The position numbers and the translations under genes were made by a program. Of a DNA stretch of 64,000 nt, positions 1-9,791 are shown piece after piece (the stretch's first letter is position 1; each line of letters starts with the position of its first letter). The notes under the pieces are model-generated. The model did no database searches and was not told the origin of the DNA. It worked only from the letters and a program-made list of their open reading frames with translations. Source of the stretch: a bacterium ADurb.Bin157 (GTDB lineage: Bacteria > Muiribacteriota > Ozemobacteria > Ozemobacterales > Ozemobacteraceae); the NCBI GenBank assembly GCA_002070375.1, contig MWDD01000007.1:12985-76984 (forward strand), in the 5' to 3' direction.

Positions 1-784
1 TAGTAGAAGGAATCTCAACTTTTATCAAACGAGCGGTCTTTTGAAATATACCTAATCGGTCATATTCTTTTTGATCATCCCACTTCTCTAGGTTGATTAT
101 CATATCGACCGACTTCTCATCTGCTGTGGCTGCAATACCAAAAAGAGACCTGATGTCAATTATACCCAAACCTCGAATCTCCATGTGGTGACGAATCATG
201 TCGTCGGGAGAACCCAATATTTTTGAATCGCTTATCTTCATTAGCTGAACAGCATCGTCCGCAACCAATCGATGACCGCGTTTGACCAATTCCAGCGCGC
301 ACTCACTTTTGCCTATTCCCGACGGCCCCATAATCAAAATTCCGACACCGTATACTTCGACAAAAACTCCGTGAACGCTTTTTCGAGGTGCAAAACGATT
401 GTGCAAATAACTGGAAAGCTGATAAACAAACTCTCCGGCCCTAACGGCAGTGCGAAGCAAAGAAATGTTTTTCTTTTCGCAAAGCTCAACCAGATCGTCA
501 GAAACAAGCAGATCATCTGTGATGATGATGCAGGGAATATTAAAAAACAATAGTTGGCGTAATCGTACTTTACGAGTTTCGCCACTTTGCTCGCCCAAAT
601 AAGCTAACTCGGTTCGACCCAACAGAATTACCCGCTCATAACCAAAATGTTCAAAAAAGCCCGCTAATTCCAGTCCCGGTCTGTGAACCTCTGCCGATAT
701 TATTTTGCGATCGAGACCGTCTCTTCCGGCAAGAATTGTCAAATCTTGGTCTTGAACGATTTCTCTAACCAATACTAAAGTCAT
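1..784 (-). CDS. hprK: HPr kinase/phosphorylase, C-terminus cut by window edge (absent from supplied ORF track)
   Basis: Manual minus-strand translation from the ATG at 784 gives MTLVLVREIVQDQDLTILAGRDGL... It contains Walker A GPSGIGKSE, ALELVKRGHRLVADD and HHMEIRGLGIIDI, all typical of HprK/P. An ATGA overlap joins it to the lgt stop (781-784). Confidence 0.85.
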   Translation of the reverse strand, partial: MTLVLVREIVQDQDLTILAGRDGLDRKIISAEVHRPGLELAGFFEHFGYERVILLGRTELAYLGEQSGETRKVRLRQLLFFNIPCIIITDDLLVSDDLVELCEKKNISLLRTAVRAGEFVYQLSSYLHNRFAPRKSVHGVFVEVYGVGILIMGPSGIGKSECALELVKRGHRLVADDAVQLMKISDSKILGSPDDMIRHHMEIRGLGIIDIRSLFGIAATADEKSVDMIINLEKWDDQKEYDRLGIFQKTARLIKVEIPST

Positions 785-1602
785 TGCAAATGCTCTTTTC
801 TATGTTTTGAGGTTAACAAAATTATTACTCCGGAAATAACAAATAATATTGATACTAACTGACTTGAGCTCATGCCAAAATAATCAAACGGATTAAGCCT
901 TATAAATTCTACGAAAAATCTCGATACGCCAAACCAGGTTAAAAATAGCCCGAATCTGCCGCCCGAACCAATGTTCCATTTACAGAACAAAAGCATCATA
1001 AGTAATACAAAAGTCGATAAAGATTCATAAAGAGGGGTCGGATGAACACTTATATCTGCCGGTAAAAGTTTGCCGGGATTCATCTTCATGTAAAGTTCTG
1101 ACAAAACTTCGTTTGAAGAACTTAATGTCGAAACCACACCGTTCGGAAAAGACATGGCCCATGGCAAATCGCAAGGAATGCCGTAACAACCGTCGCCGGC
1201 CGCAATACAACCCAAACGCCCGATACAATAACCCACGGCCAATCCCGGAGCATATAAATCTGCAAGCTTGAAAAATCCTTCTTCTGACTTGCGTACACGC
1301 CACGCGCATAAACCAAAAGCCATTACATAACCGCCGAGCACGCTAAATCCGGTTGTACTGAAAATCATTGACATAGGATCGCTCATAAAATCTTTGAAGT
1401 TTTCAAGAATAAACATTATTCGTGAGCCGACAAGGCCGCCAAATATAGCCAAAAAATGTAAATCCCATGCCAAATCTATGTCACAGCCGTTTTTTTTGAA
1501 TTGACGATTAACCAGCAAAAAACCGGTCAAAAAAGCCGTGGCTAACAAAATACCGTAACTGCCTATTTTAATTGAACCTATTTGAAATAATATTGGATAC
1601 AT
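781..1602 (-). CDS. lgt: prolipoprotein diacylglyceryl transferase
   Basis: 273-aa polytopic protein. The N-terminus MYPILFQIGSIKIGSYGILLATAFLTGF and the GRLGC motif region are Lgt-like. Confidence 0.9.
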   Translation of the reverse strand: MYPILFQIGSIKIGSYGILLATAFLTGFLLVNRQFKKNGCDIDLAWDLHFLAIFGGLVGSRIMFILENFKDFMSDPMSMIFSTTGFSVLGGYVMAFGLCAWRVRKSEEGFFKLADLYAPGLAVGYCIGRLGCIAAGDGCYGIPCDLPWAMSFPNGVVSTLSSSNEVLSELYMKMNPGKLLPADISVHPTPLYESLSTFVLLMMLLFCKWNIGSGGRFGLFLTWFGVSRFFVEFIRLNPFDYFGMSSSQLVSILFVISGVIILLTSKHRKEHLQ

Positions 1603-1671
1603 GCGCTAAAAGTATCACAACCCCATAAAACTTACAATTATATTTCAACCCTTATTGCCAAAGATTTAATC

Positions 1672-2862
1672 ATGAATTATCATTTCCCTATGAGCGATAT
1701 TAAAGCAAACAAATTTTTCTTAATAAAAACCGCCTTTTTCTCATTTTTAATTATTGTTTTAGCTTTGACTGTTTTAACCCTTTACCCCGAAGGACTAATT
1801 AAAATGATAAGCAATACTGATAAACCATCAGTATTATACGAAGATTATGTCGCTTATTATTACCCTTCCGCAAGGGGTATTTTCACTGATAAACCAATAT
1901 TAGAAGGCTTCTTTTATACTCCGACTTGCGCACTGCTCATAAACACCCTGACAACATCCGATATTCGAGAATCATTGACATACTGGCATGCGTTCCAACT
2001 TCTGACGCTTTTATTACTTATTTTTATTCCGGCTGTTTATTTGGCAAAAAAAACACAAAAAATGTCCGCTTATTATACTTATATTACTCTAATGATGTTC
2101 TCTTTTCCCGTATATCACAATTTAAAATGGGGACAACTAAGCATATTCATAACTTTTTGCGCATTTTATTCAATTTTTCTGTTTGAAAAAAAACATGAAT
2201 GGCTCTCGGCACTATTTTTAACAGTCGCAATTTTATGCAAATACTACGCCGCTATTGCACTAATTTATTATCTTGCTCAAAAAAAATACCTATATCTTTC
2301 AAAAGTAATTGTGATGCTAATTGTTTTAGGTTTGATCTTACCGATATACATACTTGGCATTGATAAAACTTTTTTAATATTTAAAGCTGTATTTGACGAA
2401 ATCACCTACGCCTCTGACTGGGTAACTTACTCAATAAACTCTCACTACCTGCCGAACACAATCATAAGACTGACGGGCATAGAAGCCTCAGGCGCGGCGC
2501 GAGGAATACTTTCAATTTTATCTTTGTCTGTTTGTTTCGCATTCTTTTTCAAGTATTTCAGGCAAAAAAACGACAATAACTTCTGCCCCTTTACAGCGGC
2601 TGCAACATTTTTACTTATACCGCTCTTTTTTAACACTTCATGGCCACACTATTTCGTCTATTTACCCTTCTTGATTGTGGCCGCACTATATAAAACAAAC
2701 TCTAAAACCGCTAAAACAACCCTATTTATCGCTGCAATACTGCAAACACCTTTAATTTTTGCAGCCAAAAACTACGTTTTCTTCGGGTTTTATGCTTTTT
2801 TGCTATGGGCAAATCTTTTAATTCTATTGCTGCACTTCAACCACAAAACTGTGCAAAGTTGA
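1672..2862 (+). CDS. polytopic membrane protein, possible GT-C type (DUF2029/GT87-like) glycosyltransferase
   Basis: 396 aa with more than 10 hydrophobic segments and aromatic-rich loops. The family assignment is a by-eye resemblance only. Confidence 0.55.
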   Translation: MNYHFPMSDIKANKFFLIKTAFFSFLIIVLALTVLTLYPEGLIKMISNTDKPSVLYEDYVAYYYPSARGIFTDKPILEGFFYTPTCALLINTLTTSDIRESLTYWHAFQLLTLLLLIFIPAVYLAKKTQKMSAYYTYITLMMFSFPVYHNLKWGQLSIFITFCAFYSIFLFEKKHEWLSALFLTVAILCKYYAAIALIYYLAQKKYLYLSKVIVMLIVLGLILPIYILGIDKTFLIFKAVFDEITYASDWVTYSINSHYLPNTIIRLTGIEASGAARGILSILSLSVCFAFFFKYFRQKNDNNFCPFTAAATFLLIPLFFNTSWPHYFVYLPFLIVAALYKTNSKTAKTTLFIAAILQTPLIFAAKNYVFFGFYAFLLWANLLILLLHFNHKTVQS

Positions 2863-3828
2863 AATCGCGCTCAAAGCAAAATTCGAATCAACCAAAATCT
2901 CTAATCTTATACCAAAATGATTAACTTGCTTAACCCACTCGCCGGCAGACGCTGCTATCAGTTTTTGAACTAATGCCGAATCTTCTGCAAGCCCGCTGCC
3001 AACAACACTTATCGCAGTTGTATCGTTGTCTCGCTTTTTAAGAGTAATACTTTTTATGGGAATAAGACGATCGCCGTCCGGTCCTATAACGCTGCCTTCT
3101 TCTTTACTGAAGCTTGAGCGAACATGAATTCTTATTTCCGATTCTTTTGCGGTAGAAATAGCACGCGGGTGCAATATACCGTTACCTGACCTTGCAAGCT
3201 CAAGCATTTCTGAATAATTCAAATGCCAAACCTTTGAAGCATCAGGCAATATTCGCGGGTCGGCTGTATAAATTCCGTCTTCGTCTGTATATTTTTCACA
3301 AACCTTCTGACCGAGTGCGCGTGCCATGACAACAGCTGTCAAATCAGAGCCGCCCCTTCCCAGAGTAGTAAAGTCTCCTTCTCGGGTAATACCCTGAAAA
3401 CCGGCAACAACAGCAACATTACCCTTTTCGCCGTTACGTAAAAAATCACACAGCTCTTGTTTGCGCCCTATATCAACAATATTATAATCTTCGCCCTGCA
3501 GTTCGGTGTAAAGCCCCAGATTAAAAGCGTTGTAAGACTTGGCCTTGATACCCAGATCAGAAAGTGCGCATGCCATTAAAGAAGCGCTTACTATTTCGCC
3601 GGTGGCCATTACGGAATCTAACTCGCGCCTCGACGGATTCGAAGTTATACTGCCCATAAGCGAAATCAAATCATCGGTTGTGTCGCCCATAGCAGAAACA
3701 ACAACAACCATGGGATACCCTTTAAAAGCTCTTTTGGCTATTCTTGCGGCAGCTTTTCTTATGCGCTCTGCAGAACCCATAGATGATCCGCCATACTTTT
3801 GGATAAGGACCTCGCCGTTAGCAAACAT
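2824..3828 (-). CDS. lysC: aspartate kinase, short form (apparently a single C-terminal ACT-like region)
   Basis: Contains VLIQKYGGSSMGSAERI, VVVVSAMGDTTDDL and TLGRGGSDLTAV, the amino-acid kinase motifs. At 334 aa it is shorter than typical ~400-aa aspartokinases. Confidence 0.85.
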   Translation of the reverse strand: MFANGEVLIQKYGGSSMGSAERIRKAAARIAKRAFKGYPMVVVVSAMGDTTDDLISLMGSITSNPSRRELDSVMATGEIVSASLMACALSDLGIKAKSYNAFNLGLYTELQGEDYNIVDIGRKQELCDFLRNGEKGNVAVVAGFQGITREGDFTTLGRGGSDLTAVVMARALGQKVCEKYTDEDGIYTADPRILPDASKVWHLNYSEMLELARSGNGILHPRAISTAKESEIRIHVRSSFSKEEGSVIGPDGDRLIPIKSITLKKRDNDTTAISVVGSGLAEDSALVQKLIAASAGEWVKQVNHFGIRLEILVDSNFALSAISTLHSFVVEVQQ

Positions 3829-3848
3829 GGTGATTCTTGCCGTTACTG

Positions 3849-5027
3849 TTAAGCACGATTGATATACCTAAAATATGACTTCACAACCGAACCTTTTATA
3901 TTCGCCGAAACTTCTGAAACCAAACTGCTCAAATGCTTTCGCGTTGTGCTTTGAGCAACCGCAACCACAGTAAAGTTACCGTTATTGTCTATTGGTTCCG
4001 AAATTATATTTACCTGCAAAAGATTGATTTTAAACTCGTCAAAACACCTCAAAACAGAAGACAAAACAGAAGTTATATTCTTTAACTCAAAACGTATGTA
4101 AAAATTATCCGCAAATTCGCCTAATTCACTTTCATCTAACAAACGCAAATCCTTTTTGCACGAAGACTCGGATAAATCATACAAATCGTATAACATACCA
4201 TTAATACAGCTGTCATTAGACGTGCCGGGACAACCATAAACCTGAGATAAACCATCGTCTGTTTTAACATAAATAATTTCTGAACCGCCCCTCGCCTGAG
4301 CCAATAAATAAGCTTTCGGAATAAGACAAGGTTCAACGGAAGCGTTAAATTTTTCGCCGCTCTTTTCTGCTATTCCAAGTAATCTTATGGAAAACCCAAG
4401 CTCATGCGCAATTTTTACGTCTTCGGAATCTATATTGTTGATGCCTGCGGTATAAATACTCTCAAAGGGAAGCAATACCCCAAAAATTTCGGCCGTTTGT
4501 AAAATAAACCTGTTACGAGAAACTATGCCGTGTAAATTTTTAAAAGGCTTTTCGTCAGAAATTTTTTCCCATTGAGATTCGTAAATAGCTTCTTCCAAAC
4601 TTTTTTTGCCATATTCGACACGAGAAAGTATGTAACTTATAACCGCATCGTTTTGCACAAGCATTTTAACAGGCTTAGAAACCAAATGCTTTGCGCATAC
4701 TATTTTGTTGAAGGAAAAAGTACTTCCGATTGCCCCGCTAAAAAACGTATCCTTGTATTTTCCTTCGTAAAGCCTCGAAACGGCAAACTCAGAATCTGTG
4801 GTTATAACCTGACGATCAATTTTCTCAAGCCTTTTACCGTCGGCAAAATGTAATACTTTTTTGGCATAAGAATAGAATTCTTCTTGCTCTAAGGTTCTCC
4901 AGGGAGCGTCGACACTTTCTTTACCCAATACCGGAAAAGTAATCATATCACGCAAATCAAGCTCTATAAGCCTACTTTGCAAATAATCGCGCCAACGCGG
5001 CAAATTTATATAACCAATATTATTCAA
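3849..5027 (-). CDS. homoserine dehydrogenase-like protein with C-terminal ACT-like domain; N-terminal NAD(P)-binding motif not recognisable
   Basis: The central and C-terminal part (DVKIAHELGFSIRLLGIAEKSGEKFNASVEPCLIP...YGCPGTSNDSCINGMLYDL) aligns by eye to the HSD catalytic domain. No GxGxxG is present in the first ~130 aa. Confidence 0.6.
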   Translation of the reverse strand: MNNIGYINLPRWRDYLQSRLIELDLRDMITFPVLGKESVDAPWRTLEQEEFYSYAKKVLHFADGKRLEKIDRQVITTDSEFAVSRLYEGKYKDTFFSGAIGSTFSFNKIVCAKHLVSKPVKMLVQNDAVISYILSRVEYGKKSLEEAIYESQWEKISDEKPFKNLHGIVSRNRFILQTAEIFGVLLPFESIYTAGINNIDSEDVKIAHELGFSIRLLGIAEKSGEKFNASVEPCLIPKAYLLAQARGGSEIIYVKTDDGLSQVYGCPGTSNDSCINGMLYDLYDLSESSCKKDLRLLDESELGEFADNFYIRFELKNITSVLSSVLRCFDEFKINLLQVNIISEPIDNNGNFTVVAVAQSTTRKHLSSLVSEVSANIKGSVVKSYFRYINRA

Positions 5028-6404
5028 TCAATGAACACCTAAACCTCTTGCATTCTCAACCGCTTCCGAAAATGCCTCTGAAAGAGTGGGATGCGGGTGT
5101 ATCAGCATTCCGTATTCTTCGCAGCTAAGCTTGAATCCGGCCAAAATTGTTGCTTCGTTTATTATGTTACCGGCTTCAGGGCCCCAAATAACAGCACCCA
5201 AAAGTTTGTCATCGGCAGAAAGAAGAACTTTAACCTGGCCTTCGCCTTCGCCGGCCGTAAGAGCTTTGCCGTTTGCAGAAAACATGCTTCGGCCTGTTTT
5301 GTATTCAATGTTTAATTCTTTAAGGTTGTCTTCGTTTTTGCCGACCCATGCTATTTCGGGGTGAGTGTAAACGCAAGACGGAACCAAAGAATAATCGGCT
5401 TTTATTTTTTTGCTGTCTTCGCATTCATTCCACTGGTTTGACAAAATCATGGCATCATAACTTGCCTTATGTGCAAGCATAGGACCTTTTATAGCATCGC
5501 CTAATGCATAAACACCGGGTTCGCTTGTCCGGTAAAAATCATCAACCTTTATTAAGCCGCGTTCTAACTCTAATTCAATATCGCTGCCTTGAGCAAAACT
5601 CATATTAACGCGACGGCCGACTGAAATAAGAACCTTTTCAAATGTTCTTTCCTTACCGTCTATTACAGCTTTTGCACGACCGTCAACTTCTGTAAGAGAT
5701 TCAACCTTTTTGCCCGTTAATATTTCAAGCCCGCCCTTTTTGAAAACAGGAGTCAAACGCTTAGCTACAGCACTGTCAAGACCTGTTAATATTTGAGGCA
5801 ACATTTCAACTATACAAACCTTGCTTCCAAATTCGCAAAATACTTGTCCCAGTTCTGTCCCGATTACACCGCCTCCGACTATAAGAAGGCTTTCAGGAAC
5901 CTTATCCGCGATCAAAGCTTCGTTGCTGGTCCAAAAAATATTGCGGTTTACAGGAAAAACAGGAGGAACAAACGGAACAGAACCAACGCATAAACAAACT
6001 TTGTCTGCTGTTACAGGCTCTTCGTAACCGGATATTTTTACAATTTTGTTTTTATTAAGAACAGCTTTACCTTTAAAAATAGTTACACCTTTATTTTCAA
6101 GCAGTTTTAATATGCCCTGACGAAGTTGCAAAGTTATATCGTTTTTACGCTTTAAAATTTTCTGCCAATCAAAAGACGGATTATCACAAGAAAGACCAAA
6201 CTCAGAAGCTTTTTTAAGTGATCTAAAAGTAGCGGCCGAGGCCAATAAAGATTTTGTCGGTATGCAACCCCAATTTAAACAAGTTCCGCCTAATTCGGAT
6301 TCGCTTTCAACAAGAGCAATTTTTTTGCCTTTTGAAGCTTCTCTCAGGGCTAATGGGTAACCGCCGGGACCGCCGCCGATAACTATAAGATCAAACTTTT
6401 CCAT
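5028..6404 (-). CDS. lpdA: dihydrolipoyl dehydrogenase (E3)
   Basis: Has DLIVIGGGPGGY (FAD-binding), the GGTCLNWGCIPTK redox-active disulfide and a C-terminal HPHPTLSE interface motif. Confidence 0.92.
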   Translation of the reverse strand: MEKFDLIVIGGGPGGYPLALREASKGKKIALVESESELGGTCLNWGCIPTKSLLASAATFRSLKKASEFGLSCDNPSFDWQKILKRKNDITLQLRQGILKLLENKGVTIFKGKAVLNKNKIVKISGYEEPVTADKVCLCVGSVPFVPPVFPVNRNIFWTSNEALIADKVPESLLIVGGGVIGTELGQVFCEFGSKVCIVEMLPQILTGLDSAVAKRLTPVFKKGGLEILTGKKVESLTEVDGRAKAVIDGKERTFEKVLISVGRRVNMSFAQGSDIELELERGLIKVDDFYRTSEPGVYALGDAIKGPMLAHKASYDAMILSNQWNECEDSKKIKADYSLVPSCVYTHPEIAWVGKNEDNLKELNIEYKTGRSMFSANGKALTAGEGEGQVKVLLSADDKLLGAVIWGPEAGNIINEATILAGFKLSCEEYGMLIHPHPTLSEAFSEAVENARGLGVH

Positions 6405-6415
6405 GATTGCTTTCC

Positions 6416-6922
6416 TTATTCAACCAAAATCAAAACAGCGCCTTTTTCTATGGGCTGACCATTTTTACCAAGAATCGAAACGATTTTTCCGGCTTTGTCT
6501 GTTTGAATTTCATTCATCATTTTCATGGCTTCTACTATGCAAATAGTTTGCCCAACAGAAATAAAATCCCCTTCTTTAACAAAAGGCGCCGCACTTGGCG
6601 ATGGTGAAGAATAAAAAGTGCCGGCCATCGGAGCAACAACTTTTTTAAGATTGGCATCAACAGAATCACTCGAAGTCGTTACACTTTTTTGAGCATTGTC
6701 AGAGGAAACTGTTTTTGAAACAGGCGCAGAATCAATAAAATTCACGCTCTTAGATGGCACAACAGGCTCAAATGAAGTATGATAAACGATATCGCCATGT
6801 TTTCTCAGCTTCATGCTAAAAGCTTCTGTTTCAAGCTCTAATTCTGCCAGTTTGTTTTGCCCCATAAACTTGATAATTTCAGTTACTTCATCTACAATTT
6901 TGTTGTTTGTTTCTGTTTGCAT
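6416..6922 (-). CDS. accB: biotin carboxyl carrier protein
   Basis: The C-terminus APMAGTFY...CIVEAMKMMNEIQTDKAG carries the EAMKMMNE biotinylation motif. I placed the start at the internal ATG 6922 (MQTETNNK), which has AAGGAAAC upstream. The longer track ORF runs into the AT-rich origin region. Confidence 0.85.
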   Translation of the reverse strand: MQTETNNKIVDEVTEIIKFMGQNKLAELELETEAFSMKLRKHGDIVYHTSFEPVVPSKSVNFIDSAPVSKTVSSDNAQKSVTTSSDSVDANLKKVVAPMAGTFYSSPSPSAAPFVKEGDFISVGQTICIVEAMKMMNEIQTDKAGKIVSILGKNGQPIEKGAVLILVE

Positions 6923-7063
6923 TTTGTTGTTTGTTTCCTTAAAGAGTCCCACTGAGTGTTCGTAATTTTGTTTGCAAAGTATAACACGATTGTTTTGAAA
7001 AATAAAGATTTGTCTGTTTTTGTTTGTTTTGTCTTTTGCACAAAGCTTATTATTAATGTACAT

Positions 7064-7426
7064 TAATTATTAATTAATAAAAGATAGCAGTATTAATAGT
7101 ATGCTCGGTGGATATGTGGAAAACTATGTGTACAACCTTTTATGACTGATTTTTCCTATGTGTAAAACCTTGTGCTTAACTTAATATGTTTTCCACAGTT
7201 TATCCACATTTGTTGTTGTTTGTTCATGTTTATGAGTTATTAACAATTTATCCACACTTTTTCCACTTAGTTTTCCACCGGGTTATCAAAACTTTAGTAT
7301 TAAAAAAACTTGCGATTTAAATTTTTGTCTGATATTATTCGACAATCCAACGGCTCAATAAAAGCTTTTTCAAGGTATTTCTTTTGTTTTGCGGTTGTAC
7401 ACTAATTCTAGCGAGGCAATGTACAT
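7064..7426. other. chromosomal replication origin (oriC): DnaA-box cluster plus AT-rich element
   Basis: DnaA-box-like 9-mers: TGTGGAAAA 7115-7123 (inverted), TTTTCCACA 7189-7197, TTATCCACA 7200-7208, TTATCCACA 7248-7256, TTTTCCACT 7259-7267 and TTTTCCACC 7271-7279. Weaker boxes are GGTGGATAT 7108-7116 and TGTGTAAAA 7159-7167. An AT-rich run lies at 7064-7100. The region is directly upstream of dnaA, and coding strand bias flips here. Confidence 0.8.
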
Positions 7427-8821
7427 ATGATGGCTGTCGAAACTTTGTGGGAAAAAATTACGTCAGAGATAAAAGAAAGCGATAGCGGAACATCAAAATC
7501 AAAATTTGTGACTTTGTTAAATTCAGTCAAGCCTCTCAAAATAGATAACGATGAACTTGTGTTGGAAGCCATGAACTCGTTTTGTATAACTTTGGTTAAG
7601 ACACATTTTGAGGACAAAATAAACAAGGTTTTACAAAAAGAAAAACCGGCATTGAAATTTAAAATGCTTGTTAAAGCAGGAAAATCTGATACGCAAATTC
7701 CCTGTCAACCTGTATTGCCTTCAATGGAAAAACTTGAAAAAGATAAAAAAGAAACCGTAAAACCCGAAACCAAAACACAATCAAAAGCTGACGGAATGTT
7801 TAACAGCAAATATACCTTCGACTCATTCGTTGTCGGTGCAAGTAATAAGTTTGCTCACGCGGTTTGTCAGGCTGTAAGCAAAAATCCCGGAAACTTGCAT
7901 AACCCGGTTTTTATATATGGCGGCGTGGGATTGGGTAAAACTCATTTGATTCAAGCAATTGGGCAAGATTTAATTAAGAACAATTCTAAAGCGAAAATAG
8001 CTTACGTCTCTTCTGAAGTCTTTATAAATGAGTTTATTTATTCTTTAAAAGATAAAAAAACCGAAGCGTTCAGAGAAAAATACAGAAAAATCGACTTGCT
8101 GCTTATAGATGATGTGCAGTTTTTTAAAGGTAAAGAACAAACACAAGAGGAATTTTTTCATACATTTAATGAATTGTTTCAAAAAAAGAAACAAATTGTT
8201 TTAACATCTGATACAGCGCCTGATAAAATTCATGGCATGGAAAACAGATTGTCGTCGAGGTTTGCTATGGGGGTCGTTGTGGATATTCAACCGCCTGACC
8301 TCGAAATGAGAGCGGCAATCTTAAAAAAATACGCAGATCAGGCCATGGTTAACATACCCGACGAGGTTATAATGTATTTAGCTCAAGGGGTTAATTCTCA
8401 TATAAGAGCTCTTGAAGGTGCTTTCAATACCGTTTTGGTTTACGCCGGAGTCGTAAATAAGCCGGTAAGCAAAGATTTGATTGACCAAGTGCTTAAAGAT
8501 CTTGTTAAAGAAAACGCAGACGGTAAAATCAGCATTTCATGGATACAAAAAAGAGTTTGCGAGTTTTATGAAATCTCTGAAGACGAATTAATAGGAAAAA
8601 GACGATCGCAAAATTTAGTTTTACCGAGACAAATTGCAATGAGGCTTTGTCAGCTTTATACGGATTCCTCTCTTAATCAAATCGGAGAAAAATTTGGCGG
8701 CCGTGATCATACAACAGTTATGCATTCTTGCGAAAAAATTAATAAAATGCTTAAAAATGATAAAGCTTTTATAGATGAATTCGAGAGAGTAAAAAGATTT
8801 GTTGATCCTGATAAGCAATAA
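7427..8821 (+). CDS. dnaA: chromosomal replication initiator protein DnaA
   Basis: Contains the AAA+ motif GGVGLGKTHL, LLIDDVQF and the C-terminal DNA-binding helix GGRDHTTVMHSCEKI. Confidence 0.95.
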   Translation: MMAVETLWEKITSEIKESDSGTSKSKFVTLLNSVKPLKIDNDELVLEAMNSFCITLVKTHFEDKINKVLQKEKPALKFKMLVKAGKSDTQIPCQPVLPSMEKLEKDKKETVKPETKTQSKADGMFNSKYTFDSFVVGASNKFAHAVCQAVSKNPGNLHNPVFIYGGVGLGKTHLIQAIGQDLIKNNSKAKIAYVSSEVFINEFIYSLKDKKTEAFREKYRKIDLLLIDDVQFFKGKEQTQEEFFHTFNELFQKKKQIVLTSDTAPDKIHGMENRLSSRFAMGVVVDIQPPDLEMRAAILKKYADQAMVNIPDEVIMYLAQGVNSHIRALEGAFNTVLVYAGVVNKPVSKDLIDQVLKDLVKENADGKISISWIQKRVCEFYEISEDELIGKRRSQNLVLPRQIAMRLCQLYTDSSLNQIGEKFGGRDHTTVMHSCEKINKMLKNDKAFIDEFERVKRFVDPDKQ

Positions 8822-8923
8822 AACAGAAGGTAATCTCACTTTTTAAAGGCAAATAGTTGACCTTGTTTAATAAAGTGGCTATTATGTACTTGCGATTATA
8901 CTTTATAGGGTGGAGATTATTAA

Positions 8924-9781
8924 ATGAAAAAGATTATGCTTTTGTGCTTTTCGATTTTTTTGTGCGTATTGAGTTTTTCTGTAGCCAAGGCAGCAGATAT
9001 TAACAACGGTCTAAACGATCAGGTAGTAGTTAGCGGATTTCCTGAAATTACCGGTGAAGCGGTTGACGGGCACATCAGGATTATTGAATTCATTCTCGGA
9101 ACCAGAATGACCCTAAAACAAAAAGAAGTATTTTTTGAAGCCATTAAAAATGAAACAGCTTCAATGGAGCAAGAGGAACGAGAAAATTTTATTGAAGTTA
9201 TTGAACTGGTAAAATCTCTGAATTTGCTTGATGAAGCAGACCAAGAATCTGTCAGAGCCATGCTTGAAAAAGAATATGTTGCCGGCAGTATAGATCTTAA
9301 AGATGACCCTGCGGCAAGACAGTTTTTGATGTTGCAAAACGATTCACAAAGACCGGTTGTGATTCAGGGCAGTTTTAATGTAACAAGACAAGCAATAGAA
9401 GCTTTTGCCGAATATTTAGCTTTTATATCAAGACCCGATAACCCGATTTGGCCAAATGAAAAAGCAATAGACATGATTGAAACAAGAGTAAAAATTGCTT
9501 TTGCATCACTCGAAGAAGAAGAAAGATTAGCTTTAGAAAGTTTTCATTACAGCTGGTATTTAATGAGAGCCTCTTGGCAACATACAAAAGATGTAAACAC
9601 GAAAAATTCATGGAAATCAGATTTTGCATCAGTAGGCCTCAGACCCGGAAACATTCCCGATGTTAAACAAATTAAGAAAGCCTTGTCTACCGATGTCTAC
9701 GCAGATATGCTGGATATGGCTACAAACAACGGTATAGAGCCAATAGAGTGGTCTTCTGATACCAAAGTAAGAGTATGGTAA
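8924..9781 (+). CDS. secreted hypothetical protein
   Basis: 285 aa with a signal peptide MKKIMLLCFSIFLCVLSFSVAKA. No family recognised. Confidence 0.65.
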   Translation: MKKIMLLCFSIFLCVLSFSVAKAADINNGLNDQVVVSGFPEITGEAVDGHIRIIEFILGTRMTLKQKEVFFEAIKNETASMEQEERENFIEVIELVKSLNLLDEADQESVRAMLEKEYVAGSIDLKDDPAARQFLMLQNDSQRPVVIQGSFNVTRQAIEAFAEYLAFISRPDNPIWPNEKAIDMIETRVKIAFASLEEEERLALESFHYSWYLMRASWQHTKDVNTKNSWKSDFASVGLRPGNIPDVKQIKKALSTDVYADMLDMATNNGIEPIEWSSDTKVRVW

Positions 9782-9791
9782 GGAGAGAATA

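Noticed and set aside
272-585. Track ORFs 272-553 (+) and 334-585 (-)
   Set aside because: These are shadow or alternative-frame ORFs inside the hprK coding region. The hprK frame, translated manually, carries clear family motifs.
2824-2862. 39-nt convergent overlap between the membrane-protein gene and the aspartokinase gene as a regulatory antisense feature
   Set aside because: This is most simply explained by compact genome packing. There is no hairpin or conserved element that I could point to.
6923-7063. N-terminal 47-aa extension of the accB track ORF (MYINNKLCAKDKTNKN...)
   Set aside because: It extends into the AT-rich origin region and has low-complexity sequence. The internal ATG at 6922 has a plausible RBS and gives a normal-length BCCP.
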